DNA of 64,000 nucleotides from NCBI GenBank assembly GCA_018302545.1, contig JAGVZM010000002.1, positions 2,198 through 66,197 of the forward strand. The letters run 5' to 3'. How positions within the stretch are numbered: position 1 is the first letter of the stretch; each line of letters starts with the position of its first letter. Below, in pieces: positions 9,330 to 16,808 of the stretch. The notes beneath the pieces are model-generated. The model was not told where the DNA came from. It worked only from the letters and a program-made list of their open reading frames with translations, and searched no databases. The translations under genes and the position numbers were made by a program. The DNA is from Candidatus Woesearchaeota archaeon (lineage in GTDB: Archaea; Nanobdellota; Nanobdellia; SCGC-AAA011-G17; GW2011-AR18).

Positions 9330-9890
9330 ATGATGAAACATATAACTAACTTTATCTATGAATTAGGACAATTAAAAAGAATAAAACATGAGGGTTGGAG
9401 ATTGATAGGTGTTGAAAACCCTGAATCTGTAGCAGACCATACAACAAGAGCAGCACAAATTGCATTCATATTAGCAAATTTAGAAAATTACAAAAATCCC
9501 TATGAAGTTTGTACTCTAGTAGTTTTTCATGATATTGGAGAAACAAGAGTTGGAGACATACATAAAGTAGCAAATAGTTATATTAAAGTTGAAGAAGAAA
9601 AAGCAGTTGAAGATCAAACAAGTAAATTAAATGAAATTGGAAAAGAAATTTTAAAGATTTGGAAGGAATCAGAAAATAGAAATACTCTAGCAGGAGAGAT
9701 AGCAAGGGACGCAGATTTATTAGAACAGGCATTTACAGCAAAAGAATTAATAGAAATAGGCCACGAAAAAGCACAAGATTGGATAAATAACGTCACAAAA
9801 GCACTAAAAACTGAATCAGCAAAAAGATTACTTAAAGAACTACAAGAAATTAATTCCACAGATTGGTTCGATGGATTAAAAAAATTATGA
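9330..9890 (+). CDS. HD-domain phosphohydrolase (YfbR-like 5'-nucleotidase family)
   Basis: 186 aa; ESVADHTTRAAQIAF ... VVFHDIGETRVGDIH (H...HD...D metal-binding pattern). Confidence 0.75.
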   Translation: MMKHITNFIYELGQLKRIKHEGWRLIGVENPESVADHTTRAAQIAFILANLENYKNPYEVCTLVVFHDIGETRVGDIHKVANSYIKVEEEKAVEDQTSKLNEIGKEILKIWKESENRNTLAGEIARDADLLEQAFTAKELIEIGHEKAQDWINNVTKALKTESAKRLLKELQEINSTDWFDGLKKL

Positions 9891-9929
9891 ATAAAAAACT
9901 TTAAATATAATTCAAAACTAAAATTAAGT

Positions 9930-10448
9930 ATGAATTCAAAAAAAGGTGCGATTGAACTTTCTATGACTACTATCATAGTTATTGTATTAGGAGTAACTTT
10001 ACTAATTTTAGGTTTGGTTTTTGTAAGAGGAATATTTGATAAGTTAGGAGGATTAACAGAAAAGTCCTTCTTGATAGCAGATAAAGAATTACAAGATAGA
10101 ATTGGAGCTTCAGATAGAATCTATGTCCCCGGAGTGGACTTTGAATTAGAACCGGGAGCATCAACAACAATCACAATTGGAATACAAAATCTTGCAACAA
10201 ACGACGAAGCAACACCATCAACTTTTAAATTAGAAGTGAAACCTGGAGATGAAGCAAGTAAAAGATTAAAAGTAACTCTACCTCCAGAACAAAGCCTAAG
10301 GATAGGACAAAGTAAAGGATTACCTCTAAAGGTGCAATTACCAGAAGGTTCAAATCCTGGAACAAGTTATTCTTTAACTATTAGAGTTCTAAAAAATAAA
10401 GAATTATATGATGAACAATCAATATTCATTTCTGTAAAAAAATCTTAA
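9930..10448 (+). CDS. putative archaeal type IV pilin-like protein (class III signal peptide)
   Basis: 172 aa; N-terminus MNSKKG|AIELSMTTIIVIVLGVTLLILGLVF (basic residues, Gly, then a long hydrophobic helix) followed by a beta-rich domain. Confidence 0.45.
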   Translation: MNSKKGAIELSMTTIIVIVLGVTLLILGLVFVRGIFDKLGGLTEKSFLIADKELQDRIGASDRIYVPGVDFELEPGASTTITIGIQNLATNDEATPSTFKLEVKPGDEASKRLKVTLPPEQSLRIGQSKGLPLKVQLPEGSNPGTSYSLTIRVLKNKELYDEQSIFISVKKS

Positions 10449-10681
10449 AAGTAAAGTCTAGGGACATCTTCTCGTAATTCATGATCTAAACTATCCCTTA
10501 AATCCATATAGGATCTAACAGCAGGACGATAAAACTGAGAAAGAGAGATCATACCACTAGAAGCATTAACTCTTTCAGCAAGATCCATTAGAATAAGCGC
10601 TAAATCTTCTCCACAAAGGTCTTCTTTCTGAATTCGATTAAGTTCATTAGAGAGATTTTCCGCAGTTATTGGTTTTGCCAT
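10445..10681 (-). CDS. hypothetical protein (orphan cluster, gene 5)
   Basis: 78-aa acidic ORF, co-directional with four upstream orphans; no family recognised. Confidence 0.4.
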   Translation of the reverse strand: MAKPITAENLSNELNRIQKEDLCGEDLALILMDLAERVNASSGMISLSQFYRPAVRSYMDLRDSLDHELREDVPRLYF

Positions 10682-10717
10682 AAAATAAAAAGAAAATAAA
10701 GAAATTAATAAAATTAT

Positions 10718-11257
10718 CTAAGCAGCTTCCGGAATATTATTTAACTCATTATAATTATCTAAACTCTCTTTAGCTCTCTTCAAATAATTAATAGAAGTAA
10801 TTAAATATCCACAAACTAATATCTTATTTTTAGGTATAGGAAACATTCTTCTTTCCATCTCAGGACCCCACATATCTTTATTTAGGGTTTTTAAAATTCC
10901 AGAATCTTCAGATTCAAGAGCTAAAATCCAATTGTTAATCATATCTCTAAGTTGATCTAAACTCTTTATAGTATTCATAGTATTTACAGTATTCTTCAGT
11001 TTCTCTTCAATAAAAATAATTCCATTTCTAATCTCTTTCCTAATATTAATTAATTTAGCTTTAACATCTGTGTTATACATCTCATAATGCCTATGGGCTG
11101 GCTCAAATCCTTTCAAACCATCTAAGAAATTACCCATAAACTCAAAACCGCTCCTTAAATTAGTCTTAGCCACATCCAAATAAGAATTCATTTCCTCATC
11201 CATAACCTTTTTTCTTGTAGAAGGTAAACCCCCTTTAAAAAAATCAATGATTCCCAT
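10718..11257 (-). CDS. hypothetical protein (orphan cluster, gene 4)
   Basis: 179-aa soluble helical ORF; no family recognised. Confidence 0.5.
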   Translation of the reverse strand: MGIIDFFKGGLPSTRKKVMDEEMNSYLDVAKTNLRSGFEFMGNFLDGLKGFEPAHRHYEMYNTDVKAKLINIRKEIRNGIIFIEEKLKNTVNTMNTIKSLDQLRDMINNWILALESEDSGILKTLNKDMWGPEMERRMFPIPKNKILVCGYLITSINYLKRAKESLDNYNELNNIPEAA

Positions 11258-11298
11258 AATACTAGAATAACTATTTTTAATTTAAATAGATTTCCATA

Positions 11299-11568
11299 CT
11301 ATATTTCATCTAATCTAAAAGATTTAGAAAAACTCTCAATTCTTTTATTAATCCTAAATCCTCTAAGGTTTATACCATATATTGAAGGCTTACCTTTATC
11401 TACAAACTTAACCCCACATTCAAGGGAGCTTAGTTTATTCTTTCTAACTTCACAATATAAATCCCCCTTATGTTCTTGATATTTAGTAAATACATAGTCT
11501 AATATCCCAAAATTATAACTAAAAGCAATTAAAAAAGCACTATATTTAATAGTCTGCCCCAATGTCAT
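11299..11568 (-). CDS. hypothetical protein (orphan cluster, gene 3)
   Basis: 89 aa with a hydrophobic N-terminus; start overlaps the stop of the upstream gene by 4 nt (ATGA-type coupling). Confidence 0.4.
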   Translation of the reverse strand: MTLGQTIKYSAFLIAFSYNFGILDYVFTKYQEHKGDLYCEVRKNKLSSLECGVKFVDKGKPSIYGINLRGFRINKRIESFSKSFRLDEI

Positions 11569-11957
11569 TTATATTTCCCTCCCTTAATACAACTATAAAA
11601 TTCAGACTCCAGTTCCATCCATCTAAAAACAAGCCTTCTCTTTTCTTCCTCAGTAAATTTTTCAAAAGTATAATCTGGATCACCAACCATGAGCCCATCT
11701 TCTCTTAAGTATATAGGAATTCTTCTCTGATAAAAGTTAAGGTATAGTTCATATCTAGAATTAAAATTAATTACTCCCAAAACTCCAATATTCCTCCCCT
11801 GTTCTTTTGTAGGAAAACCAGGTTCAGCTTCATAAGGAATAGATTTTACCCTATTTATTATGCTTTCAATATTTTCATGATAACTATAAGTCAAAGAGGA
11901 AATAGCTAAAGCACCAAAAACAAAACTTAAACTTCTTCTTGTATTATTTAACGCCAT
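11565..11957 (-). CDS. hypothetical exported protein (orphan cluster, gene 2), Tat-like N-terminus
   Basis: 130 aa; MALNNTRRSLSFVFGALAISSLT resembles a twin-arginine/signal peptide; preceded by the recurring 22-nt motif. Confidence 0.45.
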   Translation of the reverse strand: MALNNTRRSLSFVFGALAISSLTYSYHENIESIINRVKSIPYEAEPGFPTKEQGRNIGVLGVINFNSRYELYLNFYQRRIPIYLREDGLMVGDPDYTFEKFTEEEKRRLVFRWMELESEFYSCIKGGKYK

Positions 11958-11994
11958 AAGAAAAAATTTAAAACTAGATTAATAAATTCTAATA

Positions 11995-12016
11995 AAGAAT
12001 TTCCGAAAGATTTTCA
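11995..12016 (-). promoter_or_regulatory. recurring promoter-proximal motif, instance 3 (TGAAAATCTTTCGGAAATTCTT)
   Basis: Motif centre is 47 nt upstream of the ATG at 11957, with TTTTAAAT TATA-like box in between; near-identical to 14074-14095 and 24991-25012. Confidence 0.5.
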
Positions 12017-12024
12017 AAAAAGTT

Positions 12025-12333
12025 TTAATCATCACTCTTTATGCCTAATCTTTCCTCTAATTCTCTTATCCTTTCATTATTTTTAATTCCAGAAGCAATA
12101 CCCATAACAGCAGCACCACCTATAACTTGAAGAGAAGAAAATAACTGACGCTGTTCTTCTAGAAGAGCACCTAGTATAGGTCCCTTTGAGATTTCATAAA
12201 GTTGTGTAGCCTCACTAGGAGCAACATATTTCAATAAAGAAATCCCCGTATAAAGACCTTGAATAGCATCCAAAACTCCAAAACCAACGGTGCTAAGACC
12301 AGCATACCACAAGAAATCATAATATTTTGCCAT
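12025..12333 (-). CDS. hypothetical membrane protein (orphan cluster, gene 1)
   Basis: 102 aa, two hydrophobic segments, C-terminal charged helix. Confidence 0.45.
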   Translation of the reverse strand: MAKYYDFLWYAGLSTVGFGVLDAIQGLYTGISLLKYVAPSEATQLYEISKGPILGALLEEQRQLFSSLQVIGGAAVMGIASGIKNNERIRELEERLGIKSDD

Positions 12334-12453
12334 GTATAAATGACAAAAAGAAAAATATATAAAGGATGTGTAGAAACCTTTTTAAATACCTTAAAAGTCA
12401 CAAATTAATCTTAAAGGGCTAAAACCCAATTACTCCGAAAGGAGCTCAAGAAA

Positions 12454-12879
12454 ATGGTAACAATATACGACGGAGATATACAAAAATCTATAGAAAAACT
12501 TAGTTCTAGTTTAAAATCTAGTATTAAAGTACCAGAATGGGCAAAATTTGTCAAAACAAGCTCAGGAAAACAAAGACTTCCTGAAAATCCAGATTGGTAT
12601 TATATAAGGGCAGCATCTATTCTAATAACAGTATATAAAAGAGGTCCTATTGGAGTCTCAAAATTAAGAATGAAATATGGAACAAAAAAAGATAGGGGCC
12701 ATAAACCAGAAAAGTTTGTAAGAGCTTCTGGAAAAATAATAAGGGATATCTTACAACAATTAGATAAAGCAGATTTAACTATTTACAAAAAAGACGGAAT
12801 TCACAAAGGAAGAATAATTGCTCCTAAAGGAAGATCATTAGTTGATAAAAATGCAGTTATTATAAAAAATGAAAACTGA
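12454..12879 (+). CDS. rps19e: 30S ribosomal protein S19e
   Basis: 141 aa; VPEWAKFVKTSSGKQRLPENPDWYYIRAASIL...GPIGVSKLRMKYG; TGA stop. Confidence 0.9.
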   Translation: MVTIYDGDIQKSIEKLSSSLKSSIKVPEWAKFVKTSSGKQRLPENPDWYYIRAASILITVYKRGPIGVSKLRMKYGTKKDRGHKPEKFVRASGKIIRDILQQLDKADLTIYKKDGIHKGRIIAPKGRSLVDKNAVIIKNEN

Positions 12880-13114
12880 AAATAATTTAGAAGAAATGAA
12901 AAAAATGCAAGAACAAATAGCAAAGCTAGAGTTAATTGCAAAAAATCAAATGACTAATTCAGCAGTATCCAGATATGGAACATTAAAATCTGCACATCCA
13001 AAAAAAGCATTGCAAGCTGCAACAATAATTGCCCAATTAGTCTCACAAAATCAAATTCAAGAAAAAATAACAGATGAACAATTCAAACAATTATTAATAA
13101 GTATGGAGCAATAG
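12869..13114 (+). CDS. PDCD5/TFAR19-like DNA-binding protein
   Basis: 81 aa; ...[45 protein letters not shown]; conserved archaeal position between S19e and L39e. Confidence 0.75.
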   Translation: MKTENNLEEMKKMQEQIAKLELIAKNQMTNSAVSRYGTLKSAHPKKALQAATIIAQLVSQNQIQEKITDEQFKQLLISMEQ

Positions 13115-13115
13115 A

Positions 13116-13289
13116 ATGGCAAGAAACAAACCAAAAGCAAAAAAACTAAGATTAGCAAAAGCAGCAAAACAAACAAAGTGGGCTCCCCTTTGGTTAGTTC
13201 CAAAAATAGAAAAAGGATTAAGAAAGGTTCATCCAGCAAGATATACAACTAAAAAAAGACACTGGAAAAAACATAAAATAAGTGCATAA
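13116..13289 (+). CDS. rpl39e: 50S ribosomal protein L39e (not in supplied ORF track)
   Basis: Hand translation gives [57 protein letters not shown] (57 aa); expected position before L31e. Confidence 0.85.
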   Translation: MARNKPKAKKLRLAKAAKQTKWAPLWLVPKIEKGLRKVHPARYTTKKRHWKKHKISA

Positions 13290-13293
13290 GAAA

Positions 13294-13824
13294 ATGGCAG
13301 AAGAAAAAACATTCACAATAAATTTAAGAAGAGAATTCATAAAAAAGCCTAATTATAAGAGAAGTAAGAAGGCAATAACTGCAATAAAAGAATATACATT
13401 AAAACATTTAAAGACAAAGGAAGTAAAAATAGGGCCAAAATTAAACCTAAAAATATGGGAAAGAGGAAGAAAGAATCCTCCACCAAAAGTAAAAGTAAAG
13501 GCAATCGTCGAAGATAATATAGCTTATGTTGAACTTCCAGGTTTCGAATTCATTAAACAAAAGCCAAAAGAAGAAAAAAAGTCAGTAGCAGATAAATTAT
13601 TAGGTAAAAAAACACAATCAGAACAAAAACAAGAAGAAAAGAAAGCTGAAGAAAAAGAATTAGCAAAAGAAGCTGAAAAGGAAATAGAAGTTAAAGAAAA
13701 AAAAGAACATAAAAAGGGGATAACAGCCCAAAAAACAAAAACTCAAGAAGAAATGATTGAAAAAGTTAAAGACGAAGGTCAAAAAATAGGCAGAACAGGT
13801 AAAAAAGGTTCAAAGAGTCAATAA
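13294..13824 (+). CDS. rpl31e: 50S ribosomal protein L31e with long K/E-rich C-terminal extension
   Basis: MAEEKTFTINLRREFIKKPNYKRSKKAITAIKEY...KIWERGRKNPPPKVKV; about 90 extra K/E-rich residues; ORF opens at 13282 but that overlaps the L39e stop. Confidence 0.85.
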   Translation: MAEEKTFTINLRREFIKKPNYKRSKKAITAIKEYTLKHLKTKEVKIGPKLNLKIWERGRKNPPPKVKVKAIVEDNIAYVELPGFEFIKQKPKEEKKSVADKLLGKKTQSEQKQEEKKAEEKELAKEAEKEIEVKEKKEHKKGITAQKTKTQEEMIEKVKDEGQKIGRTGKKGSKSQ

Positions 13825-13863
13825 AATCAAAATCCTTTAATATATTTCTAAAATACATTTTCC

Positions 13864-14064
13864 ATGGAAAAAAATCTAAGTTATGAAAAAGAATTAGAAT
13901 TAGCTGAAGATTATGCAAATGATGGCCCTTATGATTGGGATGAAGAACATATGGAAAGATGTCTCAGAAAGGCAATAGAGAAAGCTAAGAAAGAAGGTGT
14001 TGATATCTCAAAAGAAGTAGAGCGTATAAGAAAAATTTGGAAGGATCAAGAAAATGGAAAATAA
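13864..14064 (+). CDS. hypothetical small acidic protein
   Basis: 66-aa ORF, no family recognised. Confidence 0.35.
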   Translation: MEKNLSYEKELELAEDYANDGPYDWDEEHMERCLRKAIEKAKKEGVDISKEVERIRKIWKDQENGK

Positions 14065-14073
14065 ATTACCTTA

Positions 14074-14095
14074 TGAAAATCTTTCGGAAATTCTT
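14074..14095 (+). promoter_or_regulatory. recurring promoter-proximal motif, instance 1 (TGAAAATCTTTCGGAAATTCTT)
   Basis: Motif centre is 57 nt upstream of the ATG at 14142, with TATA-like GATTATATAAG in between; flanked by inverted CCTTAT/ATAAGG. Confidence 0.5.
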
Positions 14096-14141
14096 AGTAA
14101 ATCATTATAAGGGATAAAAGATTATATAAGTTAATTCTAAA

Positions 14142-15557
14142 ATGAAAGTAATAGCTAGAGAGATAATCCAAAATAAAATATTATATGATTTAATATACAA
14201 AGAAAAGTATGACTTTAAAACAAAATTAAAGATTTTTTTGGGTAATCGTCCTTTCATTACAATATTAAAAAAACAAAGAGAAAGAAATAAACTTTATGAA
14301 GGAGAATTAGTTGTAGTAAGGATTAATAAAGAAAATAGAATATACGAATTCATAACAAAAATTAGGGAATGGGGAAAAATAAATATCCCCATTAAAATAA
14401 TTAAAGATTTATCAATAAAAAACAAAGAAAAATTAAAGATAGAATTAATTAAAAATAAAGAATTTAAAAACATAAACAGAGAAAACACTATAAATCTAAC
14501 GAACATAATAAGGTTTAATAAGAAGTTAGAGATTATAAATAGAAATGAAAAGTATATAACAATTTACAAAACAAGTTGTATACCAATTACAATTCCTAGA
14601 ATAATAAAGATAAATGAAGATTTGATAGAAGCAATTTATTTACTGCATGGAGATGGACATTATCAAAAAAAATTATATTTTTCAAACAAGAATTATGATC
14701 TACATAAATTTATAATAAACACTTTCAATAAACAATTATTTATTCCTAAAAAACTATGGAGATATAGAATTAACCACAATAAAAGAGAATTAATAGATAA
14801 AGCAAAAAATTTTTGGATAGAAAATTTAAAGGCAAATAAAAAGAGATTTTATGAAACAAGAAAATTAAGCAGTTTTAATACAGTAAAATATGGAAACTTA
14901 AGATCAATAATAGATAATACAATAGTTTCAGAAATATTCAATTATTTAATTCATAAAATCAAAATAGATAAAGAAAGACTAAGTTTAATTGCTTTAAATG
15001 GAATACTCTCAGCAGAGGGGAATGCTCAAATAGATAAAAAAGGTTTGCACAAAATAACAATTGCATATAACGAAGACGAGAAACAAATGTTCATTAATTT
15101 ATTAATAAAATCAAACCTAAAGAATTTCAAAATAGAACAGAATAAAAGGTTTTGTATTAGAAAATGGGAGCACCAATACAAATTCATCAAAAAATTTCTT
15201 TCAAATAATCTTATACCCTTCAATAAACATAGTGAGAGAAGATTAAACCTTATAATAGGTTTTCTAAATCATTCATACACAAGATCTGCAATAAAATATC
15301 TAGAGATATTAAAACAAGGAAAGAGTTATGAAGAGATAGCAAAAACATTAAATCATAGAAAGGATTCAGTTTTAGAGTTACTCAAAAAAGATAGATATAA
15401 AAAGTTTACTAAGAAAACAATTTCAGGTAAGATTAAGATAAATAAGAGAGGTAAAGAGTTTATAGAAATAACAGAAAAATTAAAAAACATGTTAAAAGAA
15501 ACAGAAAAAGAATATTTAGAGTACATAAAACCAATAAACAAATTCAAGGAGGAGTAA
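14142..15557 (+). CDS. free-standing double-motif LAGLIDADG homing-endonuclease-like protein with extra N- and C-terminal domains
   Basis: 471 aa; LAGLIDADG-type motifs AIYLLHGDGHY and LNGILSAEGNA about 110 aa apart; N-terminal about 150 aa includes WGKINIPIKIIKDLSIKNKEKLKIEL (AbrB/SpoVT-like hairpin, weak); C-terminal HTH-like GKSYEEIAKTLNHRKDSV; its stop TAA abuts the cbf5 ATG. Confidence 0.7.
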   Translation: MKVIAREIIQNKILYDLIYKEKYDFKTKLKIFLGNRPFITILKKQRERNKLYEGELVVVRINKENRIYEFITKIREWGKINIPIKIIKDLSIKNKEKLKIELIKNKEFKNINRENTINLTNIIRFNKKLEIINRNEKYITIYKTSCIPITIPRIIKINEDLIEAIYLLHGDGHYQKKLYFSNKNYDLHKFIINTFNKQLFIPKKLWRYRINHNKRELIDKAKNFWIENLKANKKRFYETRKLSSFNTVKYGNLRSIIDNTIVSEIFNYLIHKIKIDKERLSLIALNGILSAEGNAQIDKKGLHKITIAYNEDEKQMFINLLIKSNLKNFKIEQNKRFCIRKWEHQYKFIKKFLSNNLIPFNKHSERRLNLIIGFLNHSYTRSAIKYLEILKQGKSYEEIAKTLNHRKDSVLELLKKDRYKKFTKKTISGKIKINKRGKEFIEITEKLKNMLKETEKEYLEYIKPINKFKEE

Positions 15558-16562
15558 ATGAAATTACCGTTTGAAGAAGAAAATAGAAAAATTTTAGTGA
15601 AGAAAGAAGCTTCCACAGATCCCAAATTTGGGAAAAAACCAGAAGAACGAACAGTAAGAGAACTGTTAGAGTCTTCGGTAATATGTTTAAACAAAGTAGA
15701 AGGTCCTTCTTCACACCAAGTAGCAGACTATGCAAAAAAAGCTCTAGAAGTAGAAAAAATCGGTCACGGCGGGACACTTGGAATCTTTTAAGATTAGTGA
15801 AATCCTGCAGTAACTGGGGTTCTACCTATATCTATAGGAAAAGCTACAAGAATAATGGAGGCTCTTCTAAAATCAGGAAAAGAATATATTTGTTTAATGC
15901 ACATACATACTAAAGTTCAACAATCAAAGATACACAAAGTAGCTAAACAATTCTTAGGAAAAATAACCCAAATGCCTCCTGTAAAGTCTGCAATTAAAAG
16001 ACAATTAAGACAAAGAGAAATTTATTACTTAGAAATCCTAGAAATAAAAGATCAAGATGTACTTTTCAAAGTAGGATGTCAAGCAGGAACCTACATAAGA
16101 ACACTCTGTGTTGGATTTGGAAAAGAATTAGGAACCAATGCGCACATGCAGCAATTGATAAGAACAAAGGCAGGACCATTTAATGACAAAGAATGGTATT
16201 CTCTACAAGACATAAAAGACGCATATCAATTATACAGAGAAGAAAAAGAAGAACAATTAAAGAAAATTCTAAAACCAATAGAGTTTGCCATACAACATTT
16301 ACCTAAAGTATGGGTAAATGATAATACTATAGATTCAATATGCCATGGCGCATCATTAAAAGTCCCAGGAATAATAAAAGTCCATTCAAAGATAGAAAAA
16401 GAAGAATTAGTAGCTATAATGACTTTAAAAGAAGAATTAGTTGCTTTAGGAACATCAAAGATGAATTCAGAAGAAATGATAAAAAATCAAAAAGGATTAG
16501 CAATAAAAACAACAAAAGTCTTTATGGATCGAAATACATACCCTAATTTTAAAAAAGCTTAA
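15558..16562 (+). CDS. cbf5: tRNA/rRNA pseudouridine synthase Cbf5 (TruB family + PUA), CDS join(15558..15780,15802..16562) after removal of a 21-nt BHB intron
   Basis: Both ORF-track pieces share one frame. Exon 1 ends ...EKIGHGGTL and exon 2 begins (D)PAVTGVLPISIGKATRIMEALLKSGKEYICLMHIH. The spliced product is 327 aa with GTLDP restored and a C-terminal PUA domain. Confidence 0.85.
15781..15801 (+). other. BHB (splicing-endonuclease type) intron within the cbf5 coding sequence
   Basis: GAATCTTTTAAGATTAGTGAA; in-frame TAA, TAG and TGA; outer helix 15769-74/15803-08, bulge TGG, central helix CACT/AGTG, bulge AAA, inner helix AATCT/AGATT with a TTTA loop. Confidence 0.8.
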
Positions 16563-16586
16563 AAATATTTCTGATAAACTTTTAAA

Positions 16587-16808
16587 ATGACAAAATGTAA
16601 ATATGAATATCAACAAATAGGATACATTAATTGCAATTATAATGGAGAATGTCCATATAAAAAATTAAATGAAGGAATTAGATGGGAATTAGATGAACTA
16701 GGTCCTACCTGTGAAAGACCTAAAGACCTAGAACCCCCAAAATTAGTAGATCTCCCAAATAAAAATAGAAGGCTAGAAACAATATTAGAATTTCTTCACC
16801 TAGTATAA
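16587..16808 (+). CDS. hypothetical small Cys-containing protein (weak)
   Basis: 73-aa ORF; its 3' end overlaps the convergent HerA-like gene; no family recognised. Confidence 0.25.
   Translation: MTKCKYEYQQIGYINCNYNGECPYKKLNEGIRWELDELGPTCERPKDLEPPKLVDLPNKNRRLETILEFLHLV

Noticed and set aside
13560-13824. CRISPR-like or tandem DNA repeats in K/E-rich coding tails (L31e; also L32e 39600-39850, S3 44290-44480)
   Set aside because: The periodic aaagaa/gaagaa strings are codon-level low complexity inside open reading frames, not repeat-spacer architecture. No CRISPR array exists in the window.
15683-15913. 76-aa alternative-frame ORF spanning the cbf5 interruption
   Set aside because: Its translation is low-complexity (S/R/K-rich) with no similarity to Cbf5. 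It is a by-product of the AT-rich sequence.
15558-16562. cbf5 read as a pseudogene, or as two independently translated split genes (ORFs 15558..15791 and 15855..16562)
   Set aside because: Both pieces are in the same frame. The interruption is exactly 21 nt, sits in a perfect BHB motif, and its removal recreates GTLDP. The second piece has no plausible start codon before conserved residues (its first Met is 18 codons into the conserved block). No other lesions are visible.
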